Part shown: positions 37,014-45,502 of the stretch, piece by piece
Position numbering within the stretch: the stretch's first letter is position 1
Layout: each line of letters starts with the position of its first letter
Source of the DNA: an uncultured Muribaculum sp.
GTDB lineage: Bacteria > Bacteroidota > Bacteroidia > Bacteroidales > Muribaculaceae
DNA: 56,714 nucleotides
Direction of reading: 5' to 3'
NCBI GenBank assembly: GCA_964541165.1
Contig: CAZIPQ010000002.1
Coordinates: forward strand, 1-56,714
The notes under the pieces: model-generated
The model's database searches: none
Seen by the model: the letters and a program-made list of their open reading frames with translations, nothing else
Told to the model about the DNA's origin: nothing
Made by a program: the position numbers and the translations under genes

Positions 37014-39986
37014 TTACACTTCAGGCACTTCGGGTTTAAGCACCACGCCGACACCCTTACGGCCGTTTATACCGATCACAAGGGGACGGTCAAATTTCAC
37101 TATCCTGATCTTATCACTCTCATACACCGCAGGACAGCTTGCAAGATAATCCACATCGTAGATTCCATCGTTAGATGACGGATTGATTGTGAAGTAGCCC
37201 ACGCCGAATGAGGTAAGATTTTGGAAGAAGTGAGTACCCTGACTCGGCTCAATGCGATAATTACTCAGCGAGGACTCTACAATCAGGCGCGCCGACGATA
37301 TATGCGGCCACTTGACAGGAATACCAAGAGCAGTATCACTTGAACCCCAGCGTCCCGGGCCTATCAGTACATACCCTTCGTTACGTTCTGTAAAGTTACG
37401 ATTTATTTTCTCAATTTCACGTGCTATGAGCGAATTATTTGACGAAGAAAAGGTTTCGGGACGCACATATACCACCGTATCCACATTTTCAATGTTTCCA
37501 TGGCCGAGCGCGGTGTTGCTGCGGAGCAATACACGGTCGTCGGGCATATTGATGATACTGTCATCGACAAGATCTTTCTTCTCGACAATAGGACGTATCT
37601 GAAGCCAGTAGAGAGTGCCTTTACCCTCCGGAGTGACATTGAGCACACCGGCAAATTCAATCTCTACCGGACGGCCCATTTCTTCCTGTCCCTTGGTGAG
37701 CATGAAATCAGTGATCTGGGCCAGCGGGAATACATCATGCTGAAGCACATTGGCAAACGTAACAACCCTACGGCCCTCCCCTTCATCACAGTCACGTATT
37801 ATCTGGTCACGGAAGTCGTAAGTTGACACCATGTAGCGCAACGCACCGGTATTGGCAAAATCCTGAATACGCAATTTCGCTATATTGAAGCTGTCGTCAA
37901 CCTTGAACGTTGGAGCCTCGACATCCTTCATGTTAAGGGCACAGAAGTGAGTCTGGGTATCACGCAGGGCGAGATCGAGCGTGGAGGTCTGCAGCACGCG
38001 GTCAGCGTGACGCGGAGAGAAACGCAGGCTGAGGCCTCCGTCAACGATGTATTTACCAAGTCCCACCGCAATTTCCGCAACTCCGTCCTCCGGAATCTCA
38101 TCATTGATGGGGTAATAGTTGAGCGACCTGCCCACACCTGAAAATGACGGGAAATAATAGTCTCCGTGACGTTCACCGACCACTTCCTGAATTATTACCG
38201 CCATCTTTTCCTGGTCGATCACATTGCTCGTGGCAGTCATGTAAGCCTTGCTGTCGGCGTAGAACACCGATGCATAGACACTCTTTATGGCGTCGCTCAA
38301 CATACGCAGCATCTCGTATTTATCGGTGACATGAGGTATCATGTATGTCGAATAAATACCGGCAAAAGGCTGATAATGACTATCTTCAAGCAAGCTTGAG
38401 CTACGTATGGCAAGCGGACGGTCAACCACTTCAAACAGTGCGTAGAAATCCTCGATCAGACGTTCCGGCAGACGGGCCTGCAGGAAGTAACGCAATATCT
38501 CCTCGTCACTGATATCTGACAGTGCGACGGGATAAAGGTTGTTACTCTCCATAAATTCGTCAAAAATGTCGGTACAGATCACGACCGTACGGGGTATCGT
38601 CACCGTCACCCCATCAAAATTGTCGCATATCGGATATTTCTTGATAATCGAGTCTATAAACGCCAGACCGCGGCCCTTACCTCCGAGCGAGCCTTGTCCG
38701 ATTCGGGCAAAGTTACTGTAATGGTCAAAGCGATCTTTGCGGAATATCGCCACCACACCACGGTTCTTCATCTTTCGGTATTTCACGATAAGGTCGAAGA
38801 ACAGCTGGCGCACAGCCGGGGCCTCCGAAATATCAGTGAAACGGTGAGCCTTGACAACCTCAGCTATCGGGAAAAGAGCGCGTGAGTACAGCCACCGCGA
38901 GATATCATTGTAGCTTGCATGGTAAAGCAATGACTTTGCCGGAATATCGAATATATGACGCTGGAGATCCTTCAGGTCATGTATGCGCAACAGTTCTTTC
39001 CCGCTCTCAGGATCAAGTATAATGAAGTCACCGAAACCGAAATCGCGCATGATGGCATTGCCCAGATCGACAGGAAGCTTCTTGCTGTTCTTATCAATCC
39101 AGACTCCGCCTATAGCCTCCACCTTTGCGGCATTTTCAGTCTCTGACGATTCAAGGATAATCGGCAGATACGGATCTTTTTCACGAAGATACTCGGCGAG
39201 CTTCAGTCCGGCGGATTTATCCTTCTTACCTTCACGCATGAAAGAGATATCGCTGATCACACCGAGCATGTGCTTGCCGTAACGCTCATACATAGCCACG
39301 GCCTCCTCATAGTCACGTGCCAGCATCACTTTTGGACGTCCGCGCATACGCAGCATCTGTTCATGCTCATTGAGCGCCTCGGTAGAGAATATCAACGACT
39401 GCTTCAGCAGGAACTTATAGATAACCGGAAGCACCGAAGAGTAAAAACGCACGGAGTCCTCCACGAGCAGAATAGTCTGTACACCTACTTCGTTTATATC
39501 CGTGTCAGCATTCATTTTATCCTCAAGCAACTTGATAATTGCAAGAAGAAGATCAACATTACCGAGCCAGCTGAACACATAATCCACAGCCGACAGGTCC
39601 TCATTGGCCAGACGACGGGACACTTCTTTGGAGAATGGGGTCAATACAATGATCGGGACATTAGGTGTGAGGCTCTTAAGCAGCTTGGCGCCATTGAAAG
39701 TCTCACTGACATCGACACCCGGCATCATTATGATAAGGTCAAAATTTTTCTTCTCGATAGCGGCGACAGCTTCGTTGACATGCGAGACCCTCGTGACTCG
39801 CGGTGGCGAACTAAGGTTCAACGCCACATATTCAAAATAAAGCTGTTCCTCAACGCGGCCATCCTCCTCCATCATAAAGGCATCATAGGGGGATGCAACA
39901 AGCAGGACATTAAAGATGCGGCGCTGCATCAAATTCTGAAATGCCGTATCTTTCAAATATAATTGACTAAGGCTTTCCTCGTTCAT
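37014..39986 (-). CDS. PEP/pyruvate-binding (PPDK_N) domain protein with receiver-like N-terminal domains
   Basis: GSLGGKGRGLAF, AIRSSSLLEDS...FAGIYST, EIEFA, LQIRP and SQGTHFFQNL. Promoter TAAATTTG at 40019-40012. Confidence 0.88.
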   Translation of the reverse strand: MNEESLSQLYLKDTAFQNLMQRRIFNVLLVASPYDAFMMEEDGRVEEQLYFEYVALNLSSPPRVTRVSHVNEAVAAIEKKNFDLIIMMPGVDVSETFNGAKLLKSLTPNVPIIVLTPFSKEVSRRLANEDLSAVDYVFSWLGNVDLLLAIIKLLEDKMNADTDINEVGVQTILLVEDSVRFYSSVLPVIYKFLLKQSLIFSTEALNEHEQMLRMRGRPKVMLARDYEEAVAMYERYGKHMLGVISDISFMREGKKDKSAGLKLAEYLREKDPYLPIILESSETENAAKVEAIGGVWIDKNSKKLPVDLGNAIMRDFGFGDFIILDPESGKELLRIHDLKDLQRHIFDIPAKSLLYHASYNDISRWLYSRALFPIAEVVKAHRFTDISEAPAVRQLFFDLIVKYRKMKNRGVVAIFRKDRFDHYSNFARIGQGSLGGKGRGLAFIDSIIKKYPICDNFDGVTVTIPRTVVICTDIFDEFMESNNLYPVALSDISDEEILRYFLQARLPERLIEDFYALFEVVDRPLAIRSSSLLEDSHYQPFAGIYSTYMIPHVTDKYEMLRMLSDAIKSVYASVFYADSKAYMTATSNVIDQEKMAVIIQEVVGERHGDYYFPSFSGVGRSLNYYPINDEIPEDGVAEIAVGLGKYIVDGGLSLRFSPRHADRVLQTSTLDLALRDTQTHFCALNMKDVEAPTFKVDDSFNIAKLRIQDFANTGALRYMVSTYDFRDQIIRDCDEGEGRRVVTFANVLQHDVFPLAQITDFMLTKGQEEMGRPVEIEFAGVLNVTPEGKGTLYWLQIRPIVEKKDLVDDSIINMPDDRVLLRSNTALGHGNIENVDTVVYVRPETFSSSNNSLIAREIEKINRNFTERNEGYVLIGPGRWGSSDTALGIPVKWPHISSARLIVESSLSNYRIEPSQGTHFFQNLTSFGVGYFTINPSSNDGIYDVDYLASCPAVYESDKIRIVKFDRPLVIGINGRKGVGVVLKPEVPEV

Positions 39987-40306
39987 GTAAAGGTAATGTT
40001 GATTTAATTCACAAATTTACACAACTTTAGCGGATTATCCTGCATTTGGTGAGTTAATTTTATGAGTGCATAATACCGCCCACAAATCTTAAAATAACAA
40101 AATGCACAATATTCAGATGTAAAAATTATCAAATCAAAAGAAAATTCACCTAAATTGTGTTACATAAATTACCCCAAATTTCCCAGAAATATGCCACAAT
40201 CGAGCATTAATACGCTATATAACAGTAATTTACAGATTGTTTATCAGAAAAATCACCTTTATATTTAATTAGCAGAATTCAGGCACGTTATTTCAAGAAT
40301 ATGTAG

Positions 40307-40314
40307 TAACTTTG
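40307..40314 (+). promoter_or_regulatory. Sigma-A -7 element with no annotated gene downstream
   Basis: TAACTTTG followed by CA, a textbook Bacteroidetes context. Confidence 0.7.
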
Positions 40315-40319
40315 CATCA

Positions 40320-40531
40320 GTTTAATAAAGATCTAAGGCTTAGGAAAAAACATTATTATCTACTCAATTCTTTATTCTTCTACCTTATAACAAATGGTTG
40401 ATGTTACTCCTAAGATTGCACCAGCCCTACTTTGGTCGTGCATCGATAATTGTTAGACTCTACGAAATATATACTTGAATTTTGGTTATGAGAGGGTGTG
40501 CTCCTGTGAAGAAGTGCACTCTCATTTTTTT
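40320..40531 (+). ncRNA. Candidate ~210-nt small RNA (or mRNA for a 20-aa peptide)
   Basis: Bounded by its own promoter and intrinsic terminator, with internal pairings and no ORF longer than ~20 codons. Confidence 0.6.
40488..40531 (+). terminator. Intrinsic terminator of the candidate sRNA
   Basis: atgagag.gtgtgct...agtgcactctcat stem followed by a T run. Confidence 0.8.
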
Positions 40532-40541
40532 GTATCCCTAC

Positions 40542-40578
40542 AAAAAAACTACGGACGCATCATGCGACGCATCCGTAG
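40542..40578 (-). terminator. Intrinsic terminator of the TPR gene
   Basis: Minus strand ctacggatgc...gcgtccgtag followed by T7. Confidence 0.8.
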
Positions 40579-40599
40579 CTGTATTCTTTACTTGAATTA

Positions 40600-41277
40600 T
40601 CACTTGTTCTCTGCCTGATATTTTGCGCGGGCAATATACTTGTCGATATCAAGACGATACTGGTTGCCATATTCAGGATATTTCTCCTTGATAGACTCCA
40701 GCACCTTCAGCTCTGCTGCATAATCGCCCTGAGCGCGAAGTACGGTAGCCTTCTTCATCATGAAGAGAGGAGTGTAAAGCGCGTTGTCATTGCTCTCGCT
40801 GATAGCCTTGTCATAAGCCTTGAGAGCCTCGGGATATTTCTGAAGATTTACATAGCAGTCACCTTCAAGCGACTTGGCGGCGGCAGCTACGATCTCATCA
40901 TTGCCTTTAAACTTCTTGAGATCGCTAAGCGCAGCCTCGTAGTTACCGTTTCTGTAGCTAAGGGTAGCAGCCATAAGAGCGGCGCGGCTTCCTGCATCGT
41001 GACCCTTGTCAGCAGCCACACGATAGAGGGCAAGAGCGGTCGAGTCATTTCCCTGAGCAAGCTCAATATCAGCCTTTGAAGCAGCCTCATTGGCAGCGGT
41101 GATACCGGGTTTATGCACAAAGAACATATATATCAACACTACAATCGCAATTATAGCAATCACGATCATACCCCACATCAGATACTTCTGACCACGGGTA
41201 ACATTGTTTTTCAACTCCTGATTATCCTTCGCAAGCTCTTCAAGCTCGATAGAAGGTTTCTGATCCTGTTCAGCCAT
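40600..41277 (-). CDS. Membrane-anchored tetratricopeptide repeat protein (YfgM-like topology)
   Basis: Short acidic N-terminus, one TM helix, then TPR helices (LEGDCYVNLQKYPEALKAYDKA). Confidence 0.85.
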   Translation of the reverse strand: MAEQDQKPSIELEELAKDNQELKNNVTRGQKYLMWGMIVIAIIAIVVLIYMFFVHKPGITAANEAASKADIELAQGNDSTALALYRVAADKGHDAGSRAALMAATLSYRNGNYEAALSDLKKFKGNDEIVAAAAKSLEGDCYVNLQKYPEALKAYDKAISESNDNALYTPLFMMKKATVLRAQGDYAAELKVLESIKEKYPEYGNQYRLDIDKYIARAKYQAENK

Positions 41278-41404
41278 AGTAATTATTTATTTTTTCTATT
41301 AATAACAATTTATGTGAGCCCAACGGCTCATTTAAGTCGCAAAATTAACATAATTTCCTTAGTGACGCAAATTTTTTTCACAATCACACGGGCTTCAGGA
41401 GCAA

Positions 41405-44400
41405 TTATCTTGCAGTAACAGCCAATTTACGCGAAGCTGAGGCATGCTGTTCACCATCTACGGTAACGACAGCACGATACACATATATACCTCTGGGCAC
41501 ACGGCGGCCACCCATATCGGTAAGATTCCATGTCACAGGTACACCCATCTCATCACCGTCGGCGGCACTATGGCCTCCGCTCCACACTATACGGCCCATC
41601 AGGTCATATACTGTCACGGTAACGGCACTTGCCTTTCCGGGACGATTATGCTCGACATAGAAATCAGCATGGTCGGTAGCAGGACTGGCATCGGTGTAAA
41701 GATTGATGATCTCGGCCCGGGCTCCGGCATTGACATTAAATGCGATCGTACTCTCGGCCATATTATTGGACGTATCCCACACACGCAGACGCAACGTATG
41801 GGCACCCTCGGAAAGACCGCTCAGCTGATATCGCAATGTGCCCCACAACGGACCATCATCACCCGGGACGTAATATGAGACAACATCCTGACATGCCTCG
41901 TTACCGTCGAGCAGCAGCGACAGCTGATGTCCCACGCCCGATGATGACAGGTTGACACCGCAGTCATCACTCACCCTGGCGATCACGATAGGAGCCTGAC
42001 TGACAGTCATGCCGTCACGGAACATCTCACTGTTAAGATAGAATGTTTCGATTACCGGTGGCGTTACGTCACTGTCACGCGAATCATCGTAACCGTAGAC
42101 ATACAGATCGCGTGTTATTCCGGCAGCATCAGTTCCGGTTTCGGAAGAGGCATATACACTGAGGGTAGCCGGACGGAAATTTGACGCAATCTCCGAGGGC
42201 ATGTCAATGACAAAACTGAACTTACCATCCGCTACACGACCCGTACCGACATGAATACGCTCACCGCGTTCCTCAAATGTCATGCGGTCGTTATCATTGT
42301 GTCCGAGCGAGGTCGTGCTATAATCGGCATCGTATAAGGTTGACGTAAGCACTCCGGCAAAACCGGCCGCAAGCGCACCGGCTTTATCAACTACGTGTCC
42401 CTCGACGTTAACAAGCTGACGCGCCTTTAGTGTCACCTGGGCATCAGAAGTCACCGTCTCCCCATTGATACGGTCTATCACCATGTTATACTGCGGTTCG
42501 GCCACGGCAAGCGCCGGATCGCCGAGCAGCACATATCTCATCTTGTTGGTGTCACGCGTGAGAAGAGTGTTTTTTGCACGTCGCATTATCTCTCCGGTTG
42601 TCAGCGCAAGTCCGTTTTCATCGGTTGCGAATGTCTGTGCCGCCATGGCAAGCGATATCCGCTCATTGAGTGAAATCAGCACAGGACGCGTGGCAGCGAT
42701 TGCTCCGATAATACCGTTGCGGGCCATGAACAGCATTTCAGCGCCCGAGATTGTCGTGACATCCCAACGCAAGAAGTCGCATGTCGCGGCATACAGCATG
42801 GGCTGATGCGTAAAATTGACATTCTTCAGGTCATTGAGGGTCAGCAGGCCCTCGCCGGTCCAGCTGAACTCATTGGCATGGCCTATGAACCACCACCAGG
42901 CCACCCCCTGCTTCAATTTGCCGTACATCCGGTCACGCGCGCCATCAGCCACATTGTTGACCACGGGAAACGCATCGACATAAGCCTTGTCATACAGTCG
43001 GTTGCTGCCGCCTGAAGTGGAAGAGAGTACTCCGGCCACTTTCTCCATCTGGCGCATGTGTACATTATCCTCATCCTTTTTACCGTCGTCAGCAACGAGC
43101 AGCACACGGTTCTTCCACTGACCGTCGGTGCGGTCGTTCATATAGGCTTCGATTTTTGCAACTACTCCCTCCGCCTCTTTCTTATCAGTCACCGGAATAC
43201 GACCTACACTGATACAGTGATAGTCAGTACCGTCCATAGCTCCTGAACCGTCACGTAAAAAGGTAAGGTAATCTTCGGTAGTATATGATGTGTTATCGAA
43301 ACCTCCGTCCTCAGTCTGCCATTGCGGCATCAGGGGCATCGTCAGCGACTTCACCTCCTGAGTGATACGGCGATGATCATATATCGCACGACCCATCAGA
43401 AGCACGTATTTCAGACGGCTTTCAGATGATGCGCTGCCGCCACCGCGGTCCCACATCATTTTCAGCATCCTGCGGAAAGCACCTATATGAGCCACGCCGG
43501 ATGCAAACTCATCAAACACCTCATCCTGATCCACCACCATCACATCAAGCGGCCGCAAGGGATCATTGCGATGCAGATCGGCAAGCTTATCAGCCTGCTC
43601 CTTCCACTGTGACGCAGTGATTATTACCATTTCAGGCACCGGAGCACCGTGCAGGTCATGATTGCCCACTATACCGACATAAGCGGGTGACGGCATTGCG
43701 GCATCCGGGTTCCACGCGACATAATTTCTCTCACCGGCAGGCGCCGAAACACTCCACAAGGCATTACTGCCGGAACGCTCAAAATCAACGACACGATGAG
43801 CGGAGGGATCGGTCACATCCCAAACCCTTGTTTCGGATGTAATTCCTGACAGACTCAGCGATCGGGAGGGAGAATGAAACGTCAGCACACCGTCGTTCAT
43901 CGACAATGCACGCTGATAATTGATATTGATATTGTCAAGACGTGCCAGACGTACCGACCCGTCAGAGCTAAAACTTATTGTAAGCTCCAGTGACTGACCA
44001 TTTACGGTCACATCATGAGTCATGGTTCTGGTCTCGTAGTGCAGCTTTTGATCATCCGATGACACGGGGACGATGTCATTTCCACTGTCTGCGACATTCT
44101 CACCATTGACGTTATAGGAAATTCGGCCCGAGGCGCCTACAGTCTTTGCGGCAAACCGACACCTGAAGCTGACGGCATCATCCGTCGTACCGGGCAGGTC
44201 AAATTTAAACGCCTGCACGGGGCGCTGCATAAAATTCTCACCAAGAAACTCATGTCCCGTCGAGCCAGGTGAAACCTGCTCAAGTTCATGAGTCACAGTC
44301 TCTGTAAATGTAGTAGCGGGTGTTCCCGTCGCTCCGGGAGTTGCGGTAACCGCTGCAGATACACGGCTTTCTTCACTCTCAGCGAGATAATAATAACCTT

Positions 44401-44803
44401 TCTGCGAGTAATAATTAGGTCGGCGGCTCCATATTCCGTTGAGTTTCTCCAGATTATACGGGCCCATGGCATAGAATACCAGACCTTTGGCTACAGACTC
44501 GGAAAGCACTTCCGGAATATCATCTATATAACCGTCAGTGGTCAGTTTTTCATCCATGGTGTAGCCGCCGTAACCATAGACACGCACTTTATTCACGTCA
44601 TTGAATCCCCAACGGCGCAGCTGCTCGGCAGTAATAAGATGCGGGCCGGTTTCCTCGACAGCGATTTTCACCCAGCGTCCGGAAGAAAACCGCGACGACG
44701 GGGCATAACTGTCAAGCGGCAGTGCCATTGCATCGACACACTGCCACAGGGCAAATAAAGTGATAAATAGATATATAGTATAATTACGTAATTGTCTAAA
44801 CAT
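41405..44803 (-). CDS. porU: Type IX secretion system sortase (C25 family)
   Basis: SSGRWVKIAVEETG N-terminus, VGRIPV, GH and TC catalytic dyad (FIGHA, AATCDF), LLGDPAL, D-x-TPP domain and T9SS CTD (GIYVYR). Confidence 0.92.
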   Translation of the reverse strand: MFRQLRNYTIYLFITLFALWQCVDAMALPLDSYAPSSRFSSGRWVKIAVEETGPHLITAEQLRRWGFNDVNKVRVYGYGGYTMDEKLTTDGYIDDIPEVLSESVAKGLVFYAMGPYNLEKLNGIWSRRPNYYSQKGYYYLAESEESRVSAAVTATPGATGTPATTFTETVTHELEQVSPGSTGHEFLGENFMQRPVQAFKFDLPGTTDDAVSFRCRFAAKTVGASGRISYNVNGENVADSGNDIVPVSSDDQKLHYETRTMTHDVTVNGQSLELTISFSSDGSVRLARLDNININYQRALSMNDGVLTFHSPSRSLSLSGITSETRVWDVTDPSAHRVVDFERSGSNALWSVSAPAGERNYVAWNPDAAMPSPAYVGIVGNHDLHGAPVPEMVIITASQWKEQADKLADLHRNDPLRPLDVMVVDQDEVFDEFASGVAHIGAFRRMLKMMWDRGGGSASSESRLKYVLLMGRAIYDHRRITQEVKSLTMPLMPQWQTEDGGFDNTSYTTEDYLTFLRDGSGAMDGTDYHCISVGRIPVTDKKEAEGVVAKIEAYMNDRTDGQWKNRVLLVADDGKKDEDNVHMRQMEKVAGVLSSTSGGSNRLYDKAYVDAFPVVNNVADGARDRMYGKLKQGVAWWWFIGHANEFSWTGEGLLTLNDLKNVNFTHQPMLYAATCDFLRWDVTTISGAEMLFMARNGIIGAIAATRPVLISLNERISLAMAAQTFATDENGLALTTGEIMRRAKNTLLTRDTNKMRYVLLGDPALAVAEPQYNMVIDRINGETVTSDAQVTLKARQLVNVEGHVVDKAGALAAGFAGVLTSTLYDADYSTTSLGHNDNDRMTFEERGERIHVGTGRVADGKFSFVIDMPSEIASNFRPATLSVYASSETGTDAAGITRDLYVYGYDDSRDSDVTPPVIETFYLNSEMFRDGMTVSQAPIVIARVSDDCGVNLSSSGVGHQLSLLLDGNEACQDVVSYYVPGDDGPLWGTLRYQLSGLSEGAHTLRLRVWDTSNNMAESTIAFNVNAGARAEIINLYTDASPATDHADFYVEHNRPGKASAVTVTVYDLMGRIVWSGGHSAADGDEMGVPVTWNLTDMGGRRVPRGIYVYRAVVTVDGEQHASASRKLAVTAR

Positions 44804-44888
44804 ATTATCTCATTAACGGAAAGCTACCCCATATTATTGTTTTTTGACTTTTTTAGCCATCATCTATTGCTAATAAAGAAAAAAGTCG

Positions 44889-44896
44889 TACCTTTG
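44889..44896 (+). promoter_or_regulatory. Promoter -7 element of the SRP RNA
   Basis: TACCTTTG 5 nt before the RNA 5' stem. Confidence 0.8.
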
Positions 44897-44900
44897 TGCC

Positions 44901-44999
44901 CGGGTAAGTCCTACACGACCAGCTCCTCGGGAACTCCGCCAGGCCTTGATCGGAGCAACGGTACCGAGTTGTAGCGGTGCGATGTAGTCAGCTTACCCT
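44901..44999 (+). ncRNA. ffs: Small SRP RNA (4.5S)
   Basis: ~100-nt hairpin closed by gggtaag/cttaccc, domain IV CAGG-N10-AGCA internal loop, Bacteroidales-type acgaccagctcc and gttgtagcggtgcgatgtag segments, then T7. Confidence 0.9.
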
Positions 45000-45063
45000 T
45001 TTTTTGTATCCCTATCCCGACATTTTCCATAATCACGCACAACCAAAATAAGGAGACAGCCCG

Positions 45064-45249
45064 ATGAATAAAAAAGCTTGGATTATAGGCGCTGTGCTTG
45101 CCATAGTTTTCACAATGGTGATACGCATTACAGTATATACGGAAGATTGCAATCTTCTGGTAGTTGGCCTTACATTTCTCTTATCATTCTGCGTATTCAG
45201 CCTTATGGCATACTGTTACCGAAAGCTCCGCAACAGGGCTAATCGCTGA
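45064..45249 (+). CDS. Small two-TM membrane protein
   Basis: 61 aa, two hydrophobic helices, basic termini and an A-rich leader with aaggag. Confidence 0.55.
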   Translation: MNKKAWIIGAVLAIVFTMVIRITVYTEDCNLLVVGLTFLLSFCVFSLMAYCYRKLRNRANR

Positions 45250-45312
45250 TCCGGACTACTTCAGACTACTACGTCCGCTCAATCGATATTTTGCAGTCAA
45301 TCGCGCCACGCA

Positions 45313-45405
45313 GGTTAGCCGCATTAGCGGCAATCCAGGCGCATAGCATCTGAAGAAGCGGAGCCATCCTGGGGTAAGCTCCGTAGAGCGGGGCGCAACC
45401 CCAGG
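45313..45405. repeat. Two GC-rich REP-like palindromes
   Basis: ggttagccgc-atta-gcggcaatcc (45313-45336) and cctggggt...accccagg (45368-45405) with an inner stem. Confidence 0.45.
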
Positions 45406-45502
45406 TACAATGTCCATCCATCAGAATTGGCACTCAAACAGAGCGCAACATATCGGTGTCACGGCCGCGACTTTTTTATCAACATACTTTCACCTTGACC
45501 CC

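Noticed and set aside
40172-40197. cccca/tccca/gccac repeats at ~10-bp spacing, resembling MraZ boxes
   Set aside because: Degenerate and irregularly spaced, with no mraZ/dcw genes nearby.
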